This document shows positions 49,620 to 58,894 of a stretch of 64,000 nt of DNA, in pieces; position 1 is the stretch's first letter, and the number at the start of each line of letters is the position of its first letter. This stretch comes from Candidatus Hydrogenedentota bacterium (GTDB lineage Bacteria; Hydrogenedentota; Hydrogenedentia; Hydrogenedentales; SLHB01): positions 1 to 64,000 of the forward strand of contig JARKSN010000030.1 of the NCBI GenBank assembly GCA_029974275.1. The letters are read 5' to 3'. Made by a program: the position numbers and the translations under genes. The notes under the pieces were generated by a model that was not told the DNA's origin, did no database searches, and saw nothing but the letters and a program-made list of their open reading frames with translations.

Positions 49620-51056
49620 GTGAATGGATTGAAGCGAAAGGTCCATTTTGTCGGTGTCGGCGGCATCGGGATGAGTGGTCTTGCCGAGATATTGTTGAAT
49701 TTGGGTTATCAGGCGTCGGGTTCCGATCTCAAGGCTTCTCCGATCACGGAACGGCTGGCCTCGCTGGGGCTCGAGTTTCATGAGGGGCATGCCGCGTCCC
49801 ATATCGGCGACGCGGGCATTGTTGTCATTTCGGCGGCCGTGCAGGAGGACAATGTGGAGGTCGTAGCGGCGAAGCGCCGGGGCACGCCGGTGATTCATCG
49901 CAGCGATTTGCTCGCGGATTTGATGCGCCTGAAACCGAACGCCGTGGCCGTCGGCGGCACGCATGGCAAGACGACTACGACCTCGCTCATCAGCGCCATT
50001 CTCGATCGCGCGAACATCGGCGCAACGAGCATCGTCGGCGGCATCCTGCATCGCAGCGGCACGAACGCGCGCTGGGGCACAGGGGATTATCTCGTCGCGG
50101 AAGCGGATGAGCACGACGGATCGTTCCTGCGTTTGCACCCGACTATCAGCGTCGTGACAAATATCGACGCAGAGCATCTCGAATATTACGGCACGCTCGA
50201 CAAGATCAAGCGCGCCTTCACGGATTTTTGCAACGGCGTGCCCTTCTATGGCTATTCGATTGTCTGTTGGGACGACCCGAATGTGCGCGCGATCCTGGAG
50301 GATATCGAGAGCGTCTGCATCACGTACGGTCTTGGCGAGGGGGCGTCGTTGACCGCCGCGAACGTGGCGATGTGCGGGGTCGATGAAGACGCTACCGTGG
50401 CGGAACGGCTTTCAAAACTTGGGATGCAATTCGATGTCATTAGCCACGACGAGCGGTTGCAGGCCACCGGAAAACTCGGCGCTGTGCGCGTGCATGCCAT
50501 CGGCGAGCACAACGTGCGCAACGCATTGGCGGCGTGCGCGGTGGGATTGTGTCTCGGCATGAAGTTCGGCCACATCGCCGAAGGCCTCAAGTTGTACGAC
50601 GGCGTGCAGCGGCGGTTGCAAGTGCGCGGCACGCAACGCGGCGTTACGGTCATCGAAGACTACGCGCACCATCCGACCGAGATCGCGAGCACGCTCGAAG
50701 CGGTCCGGTGGGTCAAGCCGGGCCGCGTCATCGCGGTGTTTCAGCCGCACCTGTACAGCCGCACCAAATTTTTCAGCGACGAATTCGCGCAGGTGTTGAG
50801 CGGCGTTGACCGCGCGATCGTGACGGACATTTATCCCTCGCGCGAGGAGCCGATGCCGGGCGTGGACTCGGGCCTCATCGTTGATGCCGCGCACGCAAAA
50901 GGCGCGATGCACGTCGAACTCGTCAACGACATGAACAGCGTTCCCGCACTGCTGACTCCCTGTCTCCAAGACGGCGACGTGGCGCTCGTGTTGGGCGCCG
51001 GCAACATCAATCGCATCTGCGCGCCGTTGCTGGCCGAATTGCGGAGGGCTACATGA
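49620..51056 (+). CDS. murC: UDP-N-acetylmuramate--L-alanine ligase
   Basis: HFVGVGGIGMSGLA, GTHGKTTTT, EADE, DYAHHPTEI, FQPHLYSRT; start GTG 49620 or ATG 49605. Confidence 0.96.
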   Translation: MNGLKRKVHFVGVGGIGMSGLAEILLNLGYQASGSDLKASPITERLASLGLEFHEGHAASHIGDAGIVVISAAVQEDNVEVVAAKRRGTPVIHRSDLLADLMRLKPNAVAVGGTHGKTTTTSLISAILDRANIGATSIVGGILHRSGTNARWGTGDYLVAEADEHDGSFLRLHPTISVVTNIDAEHLEYYGTLDKIKRAFTDFCNGVPFYGYSIVCWDDPNVRAILEDIESVCITYGLGEGASLTAANVAMCGVDEDATVAERLSKLGMQFDVISHDERLQATGKLGAVRVHAIGEHNVRNALAACAVGLCLGMKFGHIAEGLKLYDGVQRRLQVRGTQRGVTVIEDYAHHPTEIASTLEAVRWVKPGRVIAVFQPHLYSRTKFFSDEFAQVLSGVDRAIVTDIYPSREEPMPGVDSGLIVDAAHAKGAMHVELVNDMNSVPALLTPCLQDGDVALVLGAGNINRICAPLLAELRRAT

Positions 51057-51838
51057 CCACGCACACGTTTGCGGCGTCGCGGCATCGCGGGACGGGCCAG
51101 AAGCTGTTTCGGGCGTTTGCGAACACGATGACTTTTTTTCTGTTCGTAGCGTTTGTGGGCGGCGTGGCGTATGGGTTGTATCGTTTTGCGATTCAATCCC
51201 GCACGTTCAACGTCAGGACGGTCCACATCGAAGGGGCCTGTTTCTTACAGGAGGCAGACATCCTCGCTCAGTCCGGGATCACGTCGGACGACAATCTTCT
51301 GTTTTTGAACGTCTCCTCGGTGCGCGATCGGATGCTGGCGATTCCGTATGTTCGGACCTGTGAGGCGTTGCGCACTTTTCCCGACACGGTGACGATCCGC
51401 ATCGTGGAGCGCGTTCCGAAAGCCACCCTCGTCGTCAATAACCGCAACTATGAAATCGATGAGGAGAGCGTGGTGCTGCGAGAGATTCCGTCGGGCGATC
51501 CCTGCCCTGAGCCTTTCATCACCAACGTTGGGGGGAGCCAGGCCGTCGAGCCGGGTCTGCGCCTGGAACAGCCCGAGATTGCGCAAGCGTTGAGCGCGTG
51601 GAAGGCCTTCCGCGCCGAACCCATCGCGCAGGAGATCACGCTTTCCGAGATTGCGGCGCTGCGCGTGAACGACATCCGGATGTATTTCAACGAACTGCCT
51701 TTCGAGGTCCGGTGGGGCCGCAAGGATTTCGAGAGTCAGGCGCGGCGGTTCGAGACGCTTTGGCGCGCCAAGGAAAAGTGGTTGCCGTGCGCGGAGTATC
51801 TTGATCTGCGTTTTGATAGGGATGTGGCATGTAAGTGA
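51053..51838 (+). CDS. ftsQ: Cell division protein FtsQ/DivIB
   Basis: Single N-terminal TM, POTRA-like region, FPDTVTIRIVER, C-terminal YLDLRF. Confidence 0.85.
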   Translation: MTTHTFAASRHRGTGQKLFRAFANTMTFFLFVAFVGGVAYGLYRFAIQSRTFNVRTVHIEGACFLQEADILAQSGITSDDNLLFLNVSSVRDRMLAIPYVRTCEALRTFPDTVTIRIVERVPKATLVVNNRNYEIDEESVVLREIPSGDPCPEPFITNVGGSQAVEPGLRLEQPEIAQALSAWKAFRAEPIAQEITLSEIAALRVNDIRMYFNELPFEVRWGRKDFESQARRFETLWRAKEKWLPCAEYLDLRFDRDVACK

Positions 51839-51942
51839 TCGGCGAGGCTCCCCGGCGCGGCGCGCGCAGGGGAGCTTTCCGGTCGATATCGGCACTAACG
51901 ACGGGCCGCTGCAGGCGGCGGCGCAAGCGGGAGGCGGAGTAT

Positions 51943-53352
51943 ATGGACAGGCACACGACTGGCGGCAGCAATGGGCAGGGCGCGCCGAGCGCGATCACGA
52001 CGTTGAGCGCGCGAACGATGGGGCAGCGCGACGGCGCCACGGGTCAGCCTCCGATGGCGATTGGCATCGCCGAGGAGTTCAACTCCTTCGATCAGCGCGC
52101 GATCATCAAGGTGTGCGGCATTGGCGGCGGCGGCGGCAACGCCATCACGCGCATGATTGCGGCGGGACTGAAGGGCGTCGAGTTCATCGCCGTCAACACC
52201 GACGCTTTGGCGCTCAAGCATTCGCCCGCCAGCACACGGCTTCAGATCGGGGCCGAGATCACGAGCGGGCTGGGCGCGGGCGCAGAGCCGGAGGTGGGAC
52301 AGAAGGCCGCGTTGGAGGATATTGGCCGCATTGAGGATGTCGTGCGCGGAGCCGACATGGTGTTTGTGACGGCTGGGCTTGGCGGCGGCACGGGAACCGG
52401 GGCATGTCCGATTGTCGCGGAAGCGGCGCGCAAGAACGGCGCGTTGACCGTCGGCATCGTGACGTTGCCGTTCGATTTCGAGGGTTCGCGCCGCATGGAG
52501 AATGCGATGCGCGGCTTGGCCGATCTCGAGGCCAATGTCGATTCGCTCATTGTCGTGCCGAATGAGCGCCTCGCCTCGCTTTGCCAGGGCAGCAACATCA
52601 GCTTTCTGAATGCTTTTGTGCAGGCTGACGAGGTGTTGCATAACGGCGTGCGCGCCATTTCCGAAGTCATTCATGTATTGGGGCTTGTCAATCGCGATTT
52701 TGCCGACGTTCGCACGACCATGAAGAACGGCGGGCGGGCCTTGATGGGGATTGGCGTGGCAGAGGGCGAAAACCGCGCTATCCGCGCCGCGGAGGAGGCC
52801 ATCATTTGTCCGCTGCTCGAACAATCGAGCATCGACGGGGCCACGGGCGTCATCGTCAACATCAAGAGCGGCTGCGACATCGGCATGCGCGAAGTGCAGG
52901 AGGCCGTCAGCATCGTCAAGAAGGCGGCTCATCCGAGCGCCAACATCTTGTTCGGTGCGGTTGTCGACACAGAGCAACGTCCGGATGTTCAGGTGACCGT
53001 CATCGCGGCGGGATTCAAGAACGCAGCGGCCGCGCCTGCGACCGGCGCGCCGAACGCAGCGGAAGCGCCTCTCGTCGTGGAAGGGCCCTCTTCCCCGGTT
53101 GTCGCCGTCGAATCTTCGCCCTCGGAAACGCTTCCTAAAGCGCCGACGGCAACGCCGTCCAAGTCCGAGCCGGTCGCGGTCGTTCTGCCGAAGGCGGCCA
53201 AGCCGGAACCGGAGGAGACGCGCGGGATCGAGCCTCAAATGCCGCTTCCTGGAGTCGAATCGGCCAAAGCGGAATCCGTCCCTGTCCCTTCCGCGGATGA
53301 GGAAGACATGGCGTATCCCACGTTTTGGCGAAATCGGTTTAGAAAGAAGTGA
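51943..53352 (+). CDS. ftsZ: Cell division protein FtsZ
   Basis: GIGGGGGNA, NTD, GLGAGA.PEVG, GGGTGTG, DFADV; RBS GGGAGG/GGAG before ATG 51943 (alternative start 52054). Confidence 0.96.
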   Translation: MDRHTTGGSNGQGAPSAITTLSARTMGQRDGATGQPPMAIGIAEEFNSFDQRAIIKVCGIGGGGGNAITRMIAAGLKGVEFIAVNTDALALKHSPASTRLQIGAEITSGLGAGAEPEVGQKAALEDIGRIEDVVRGADMVFVTAGLGGGTGTGACPIVAEAARKNGALTVGIVTLPFDFEGSRRMENAMRGLADLEANVDSLIVVPNERLASLCQGSNISFLNAFVQADEVLHNGVRAISEVIHVLGLVNRDFADVRTTMKNGGRALMGIGVAEGENRAIRAAEEAIICPLLEQSSIDGATGVIVNIKSGCDIGMREVQEAVSIVKKAAHPSANILFGAVVDTEQRPDVQVTVIAAGFKNAAAAPATGAPNAAEAPLVVEGPSSPVVAVESSPSETLPKAPTATPSKSEPVAVVLPKAAKPEPEETRGIEPQMPLPGVESAKAESVPVPSADEEDMAYPTFWRNRFRKK

Positions 53353-53723
53353 GGCAACTCGCTCGCACGCTATCGCTTCCAAGGGCTGGAAGGCGTTGGG
53401 GGGATAGTGCTTTCCATGCCCGCAGGGGCAAGGCCTTGCCGTTTCTGAAAGCGTTATATTCCCTTGACATATGTCCAGCGATGCGCAAGAATGCATGAGC
53501 GTGGCGCGGATGTTCTCAAGCCTGCGTCGTCCGCTTAAAACGATATGTTGTCATGTTTTTCCGCTGCGGGCGTGGCGGCTTTGGAAGAACTGCCGAGGCC
53601 GAGGGGTTTGCTTGTGCGGGGCATGAGTGAGGTTTTTTTCGCGCCATTTTTTTCGCAGGGAGAGGGAGATTGCACGCGGGAAGGTAATTTGTTGACAAAT
53701 AGATTCATAAGTCGAATGTTTTC

Positions 53724-53776
53724 AATGATATCTATCATTATTTACATTGACAGAAGTGGGGATTGTCTGGTACATT
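53724..53776 (+). promoter_or_regulatory. Putative promoter of the type IV filament operon with an upstream palindrome
   Basis: AATGATA-tc-TATCATT at 53724-53739; TTGACA (53747)-N18-TACATT with TGn extension. Confidence 0.55.
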
Positions 53777-53948
53777 GATAGTGACTCTCATACGCGACGC
53801 GAGAGGTCGTCCGGGATGGGCAAGAGGCCTGTAAGCGCGATCGTATATAGGGGCGGGATCGGTCTCTGAGACAGGAGCGCGGGTGCGCACCGATGCGGGG
53901 GCGCGTGTGGATGCCCGTCGCCCAGGCAAGAGCAAAGGGAAGGCAGCC

Positions 53949-55814
53949 GTGCAGCAGTCGCTCAACTTCAGTCTATTCGGCCAACGGCTGGTGCAGCGCG
54001 GCATTATCACCGAGCAGCAGCTTGCCGAGGCGATTCATAAGCAACAGACGACGATGAGCCATCGTAAGCTGGGCGAGATTCTCGTCCGGCTGGGGTATAT
54101 CGCCAAGAGCCATATCACCGAAGGGCTGGCGGATCAACTGGGCATTCCCATCATCCGCCTTTCCGATCGCGAGATACCTGAACGCATCCGCAATTTGATC
54201 GAACCTGCCATCGCCACGCTGTACCGCGTCATTCCCGTCGCCGAGGAGGGCGACAAACTTCTTATCGCCACGGCCGACCCGACCAATATCAATCAGTTGG
54301 ACAATCTCGAGCGCCTCATCGAGCGGCAGATCGAGCCGCAGTTGGCGACGCCGCAGGAGATCAGCTTGGCGCTGGCCAAGTATTACGGTCTTCCCGACAC
54401 GACGGTGGAGACGCTGTTGTCTTCCGTGAGCAGCGCGAGCACGATGAGCACGTTGAGCACGATGTCCAACGTGAGTTCGCTGGATTCGTCGCTGAGCAGC
54501 CTGGGCAGCTTGTCGGGCAGCGACATCAGCATCAACAGCCTGAGCATGGAAAGTCCTGAATTCGAGGCGGCGTTGGGCGTGGTCAAGGGCGAGGACGAGG
54601 ATAGCGACAGCCCGGTGGTGCGGTACGTGATGACCATGATCCTCGAGGCGTTCCGCTTGCGGGCCAGCGATATCCATATCGAGCCGGGCAAGACGGACGT
54701 GAAGGTCCGTTTTCGCATCGACGGGGTGCTGCAGCAGATGCCGAATCCGCCCAAACGCGCGCAGCCTTCGATCATTTCGCGGCTCAAGATCATGGCGGGC
54801 ATGGACATTTCCGAGCGGCGCGTTCCACAGGACGGACGCATCAAGCTGCCGCTGGCGGGCAAGGTGGTCGACCTGCGCGTCAGCGCCTTGCCGGCGTCTC
54901 ACGGCGAGTCCATGGTCATGCGCATTCTCGACAAGAGCGGACTTTTTCTCGGCCTTGGCCAGCTGGGTTTCACGCCGGAGGATCAGAAGCGGTGGGAGGA
55001 GTTGTTGGCCGAGGCGACGGGCGTCGTGTTGGTGACAGGCCCCACAGGGTCGGGCAAGACAACGACGTTGTATGCCTCGCTGCACAAGTTGAATCAGCCG
55101 GACACCAAGATCATCACCGTCGAGGACCCGGTTGAGTATCAGCTCAATGGCATCAATCAGGTGCAGATTCAGCATGACATTGGATGGACTTTCGGGCGTG
55201 CTTTGCGCGCCCTCTTGCGTCGGGACCCGGACATCCTCAGGGTGGGCGAAATTCGCGACGCGGAGACGGCCGAAATCGCCATCAAGTCCGCGCTGACAGG
55301 GCATCTCGTGTTTTCGACGTTGCACACGAACGACGCGCCGAGCGCGTTTTTGCGCATCGTGGACATTGGCGTGAAGCCGTTTTTGGTGGCTTCGGGCGTG
55401 CGCGCCGTGTTGGGGCAGCGGCTGGTCCGCGTCATCTGCTCCACGTGCAAGGAGAGTTACCGTCCGGATACGTTTGAAATCGAGCAGGCGAACGTCTCCT
55501 TGGACATTTCCAAATATGAATTTTTCCGGGGCCGCGGCTGCAACAACTGCAATCATAGCGGCTATCAAGGCCGCATCGGGGTGTACGAACTCCTTATCAA
55601 CACCGACAAGATTCGCTCGATGGTGATGGAGGGGGCTCCGGCAGGCATGTTGCGTCGCGAGGCGCGGCTGGGCGGCATGTGCACCATGCGCCAGGACGCC
55701 TTGAAAAAGGCCCTCAATGGAATCACGACGCTTGAGGAGGTTGTCCGCGTGACGCAGCCGGATGAGCCGTTGCCGACGGCCGAAGCGGACGTAGCCGTGC
55801 CGGCGTCGGCATAG
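53949..55814 (+). CDS. pilB: PilB/GspE-family ATPase 1 with MshEN domain and Ser-rich insert
   Basis: Two MshEN half-motifs, ASDIHIEP, PQDGR, GPTGSGKTT, TVEDPVE, TLHTN, tetracysteine motif; RBS before GTG 53949. Confidence 0.9.
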   Translation: MQQSLNFSLFGQRLVQRGIITEQQLAEAIHKQQTTMSHRKLGEILVRLGYIAKSHITEGLADQLGIPIIRLSDREIPERIRNLIEPAIATLYRVIPVAEEGDKLLIATADPTNINQLDNLERLIERQIEPQLATPQEISLALAKYYGLPDTTVETLLSSVSSASTMSTLSTMSNVSSLDSSLSSLGSLSGSDISINSLSMESPEFEAALGVVKGEDEDSDSPVVRYVMTMILEAFRLRASDIHIEPGKTDVKVRFRIDGVLQQMPNPPKRAQPSIISRLKIMAGMDISERRVPQDGRIKLPLAGKVVDLRVSALPASHGESMVMRILDKSGLFLGLGQLGFTPEDQKRWEELLAEATGVVLVTGPTGSGKTTTLYASLHKLNQPDTKIITVEDPVEYQLNGINQVQIQHDIGWTFGRALRALLRRDPDILRVGEIRDAETAEIAIKSALTGHLVFSTLHTNDAPSAFLRIVDIGVKPFLVASGVRAVLGQRLVRVICSTCKESYRPDTFEIEQANVSLDISKYEFFRGRGCNNCNHSGYQGRIGVYELLINTDKIRSMVMEGAPAGMLRREARLGGMCTMRQDALKKALNGITTLEEVVRVTQPDEPLPTAEADVAVPASA

Positions 55815-55852
55815 GGTAGGAAACGGGGCGCGCCCCAAAGGAGACCGCGTTC

Positions 55853-56974
55853 ATGGCGTATGAGATGGTGCCGTTGTTGCGCATGCTGATTGATCGGGAA
55901 GGTTCGGATTTGCATCTTGCCGTGGACAATCCGCCGGTGGGGCGCGTGCATGGTCATTTGCAATATTTTGGCGAGACCCCGTTGACCGCGGACGACACCG
56001 AACGTTTGATGAAAAGCGTGGCTTCCGTGGATAACCAGCAGGAATTGCAGGAGGTGGGCGGATCGGACTTTGGATTCGCCTTTGAGGATATCGCCCGGTT
56101 TCGCGTGTCGATTTTCAAGCAAAAGGGCTATGTGGGCATGGTGCTGCGGTTGATTCCGCGCAAGATATTGACCTTTGAGGAGATTGGGCTTCCGCAGAGC
56201 CTCAAGCAGGTGATCAATCAGCCGCGCGGCCTGATTTTGGTGACGGGGCCGACGGGATCGGGCAAGTCGACGAGTCTGGCGACGATGATCGACTGGCTGA
56301 ACGGCGAGTTCGATCATCACATCATCACGATCGAGGATCCGATAGAGTATTACCACTCGCACAAGAAGAGCATTGTGACGCAGCGCGAGGTGGGGGTGGA
56401 CGTGCCCACTTTCGCGGAGGCGCTGCGTCGCGCGTTGCGTCAGGATCCTGACGTGATCCTGGTGGGCGAAATGCGCGATTTGGAGACGATTGGCGCGGCG
56501 GTGACGGCGGCCGAGACCGGTCACTTGGTGTTTGGCACGCTGCATACGACGGGAGCCGTGCGCACCATTGACCGTATCGTCGACGCGTTTCCGACCAACC
56601 AGCAGGAACAGATTCGCACGCAGCTTGCCGGCAATCTGAAATCCATCATTTCTCAAACGCTTTTGCCGCGCAAGAGCGGTTTTGGCCGCGTGGCGGCGTT
56701 CGAGGTCATGATCACCACGCCCGCCATTCAAAATCTCATCCGCGAGAATAAGTCGTACCGCATCACGTCTGCGATTCAGACCGGCCACAAGTTCGGCATG
56801 AACCTGCTGGATGAACATCTGCTGATGCTGTATAAGCGCGGCATCGTGAAGTATGAGGACTGCGTTTCCAAGTCGCAATCGGCCGACGAGTTCGAGGCGG
56901 CGGCGCGGGCGGCGGGATTGGAAGATATGCCCGCAGCGAAACCGGCGCCGGGCGCGGCGACGGCGCGCCACTAG
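55853..56974 (+). CDS. pilT: Type IV pilus retraction ATPase
   Basis: [44 protein letters not shown] (AIRNLIRE motif). Confidence 0.95.
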   Translation: MAYEMVPLLRMLIDREGSDLHLAVDNPPVGRVHGHLQYFGETPLTADDTERLMKSVASVDNQQELQEVGGSDFGFAFEDIARFRVSIFKQKGYVGMVLRLIPRKILTFEEIGLPQSLKQVINQPRGLILVTGPTGSGKSTSLATMIDWLNGEFDHHIITIEDPIEYYHSHKKSIVTQREVGVDVPTFAEALRRALRQDPDVILVGEMRDLETIGAAVTAAETGHLVFGTLHTTGAVRTIDRIVDAFPTNQQEQIRTQLAGNLKSIISQTLLPRKSGFGRVAAFEVMITTPAIQNLIRENKSYRITSAIQTGHKFGMNLLDEHLLMLYKRGIVKYEDCVSKSQSADEFEAAARAAGLEDMPAAKPAPGAATARH

Positions 56975-57072
56975 GACGGGCGGGCGGCGCGGCGAGGGCT
57001 GCGCCGGGCGGATGCCAAGGGATAAACGCCGCGCGGTAGGCGCGCGGACAGCGTGAAAACGGGAAAGGCGCG

Positions 57073-58815
57073 ATGTCTGTCACGAATGAAAGACTGGTGG
57101 GCGACATCCTCATCGATCATGGGGTCATCAGTCCGCTGGAACTGGATGAAGCCCTGCAGCGACAGCGCCTGACGGGCGACATGTTGGGGCGCGTTCTCGT
57201 CAAGATGGGCCTGTGCGACGAACAGGCCATCGTCGAGGCGTTGGGCGTTCAGTTCGGGATGGAGCGGGTCGACATCAGCAAACTCAAGGTGTCCGAGGAT
57301 ACGCTCCGGAAGATCACGCCCGATATTGCCCGGTTTTACAGCGTCGTGCCGGTTCGCGAGGAAAATGGCTCTCTTGTGGTCGCCATGGCCGATCCCCTCA
57401 ACATCGGCATTTTGGACGATATTCGCCAGATCGTGGGCGAGCCGGTGCGGGGCGCCATCAGCAATCATCATGACGTGGCCGCCTTCATCAAGGAAAATTA
57501 TTCGTACGAGGCGGACTCCGTCCACGAGACCTTGCAGGCGCTCATCGCGCGGGTGGGCGATTCGGCGCTCACTCCGGAAGAAATGGGGCAGCAGGAGATC
57601 ATTGGCGACGTCGACAATTTGGTGTTGCTGGCGCAGGAGCCGGAAGTCATCAAGATCGTCAATCTTGTTTTGCTCGAAGCCGTGCAGAAACGCGCTTCCG
57701 ACATTCATTTCGAGACGTACGAGGAGGATTTCCGCATTCGCATCCGGGTCGACGGCGTGCTTCTTGAGATCGTCAGCCCGCCGAGGACGCTCTCGCTGGC
57801 CCTCATTTCGCGCGTGAAAATCATGTGCAACATGGACATCAGCGAGCGCCGGTTGCCGCAGGATCAGCGCATCGAGATCAAGGTGGGCGATTCGCTCATC
57901 GACATCCGCGTGGCGACTTTGCCGACGCTGTTTGGCGAGAACATCGTGATGCGTCTGCTCGACCGGACCGCTGTCAAAATCGATCTGGATAAGCTGGGGT
58001 TCGCGCCGCAGGTTCTCAAGCCGATCAAGACCATCATCCACCGCCCCAACGGCATTTTTCTGGTCACCGGGCCGACCAGTTCGGGCAAGACGACCACCTT
58101 GTACGCATGTCTCACTGAATTGAACCAGGTGGGCGTGAAAATCATCACGACCGAGGACCCGGTGGAGTTGCAAATTGATCGCATCGTGCAGGTGCAGGTG
58201 AAGGAGGACATTGGCCTCACGTTCGCCGCGTGTCTGCGTTCGATTTTGCGGCAGGACCCTGACATCGTGATGGTCGGCGAAATTCGCGATCTCGAGACGG
58301 CGCAGATTGCCGTTGAGGCTTCTCTGACGGGACACTTGGTGCTGAGCACCATCCATACGAACAGCGCCCCCGAGACGATCACGCGTTTGCTCGACATGGA
58401 TTTGGAGCCATTCTTGATCACGGCTTCGTTGTCGGCGGTATTGGCCCAGCGTCTGGTGCGCGTTGTGTGCCGGCATTGTCATGAGATTTATGCGCCCGAC
58501 AAGGACGAGATGAACTTTCTGGGGCTGCCTCGCAGTTGGCGCGACGATCCGAATCTTCGTTTTGCGCGGCCCAAGGGATGTCCGGCGTGCGATTATACGG
58601 GGTACATGGGCCGCGTAGGCTTGTTCGAGCTGTTGGTGGTGGATGAAAAGGTCTGCGATCTCATTTTGAATCGAGCGATGGCCCACGACATCCGCAAACA
58701 CGCCCGGCGCCATCAGGGCATGTTGACCCTGCGCGAGGCGGGGCTCATCAAGTGCGTGCAGCACGTCACCACCCCCGAGGAGGTGCTGCAGCATACGGAC
58801 CATTATGAGGATTGA
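57073..58815 (+). CDS. pilB: PilB/GspE-family ATPase 2 with MshEN-like N-terminus
   Basis: ASDIHFE, GPTSSGKTT, LRQDPDIVMVGEIRD, TIHTN, two CxxC pairs. Confidence 0.92.
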   Translation: MSVTNERLVGDILIDHGVISPLELDEALQRQRLTGDMLGRVLVKMGLCDEQAIVEALGVQFGMERVDISKLKVSEDTLRKITPDIARFYSVVPVREENGSLVVAMADPLNIGILDDIRQIVGEPVRGAISNHHDVAAFIKENYSYEADSVHETLQALIARVGDSALTPEEMGQQEIIGDVDNLVLLAQEPEVIKIVNLVLLEAVQKRASDIHFETYEEDFRIRIRVDGVLLEIVSPPRTLSLALISRVKIMCNMDISERRLPQDQRIEIKVGDSLIDIRVATLPTLFGENIVMRLLDRTAVKIDLDKLGFAPQVLKPIKTIIHRPNGIFLVTGPTSSGKTTTLYACLTELNQVGVKIITTEDPVELQIDRIVQVQVKEDIGLTFAACLRSILRQDPDIVMVGEIRDLETAQIAVEASLTGHLVLSTIHTNSAPETITRLLDMDLEPFLITASLSAVLAQRLVRVVCRHCHEIYAPDKDEMNFLGLPRSWRDDPNLRFARPKGCPACDYTGYMGRVGLFELLVVDEKVCDLILNRAMAHDIRKHARRHQGMLTLREAGLIKCVQHVTTPEEVLQHTDHYED

Positions 58816-58894
58816 GGAATGGGCCCGGCAGGGCCGAGGCTTTCGTGAAACAGCCCGCGGTCAAGCGGGCGGAACGTGAACCGGGAGAGCCAGG

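Noticed and set aside
53353..53948. Possible c-di-GMP riboswitch or small ORFs upstream of pilB
   Set aside because: No convincing GEMM structure by eye and the short ORFs lack support; an Rfam/Infernal scan would settle it.
58078..58080. Walker A GPTSSGKT in PilB2 as an inactivating change
   Set aside because: Still satisfies GxxxxGKT; noted only as part of the point-variant pattern.
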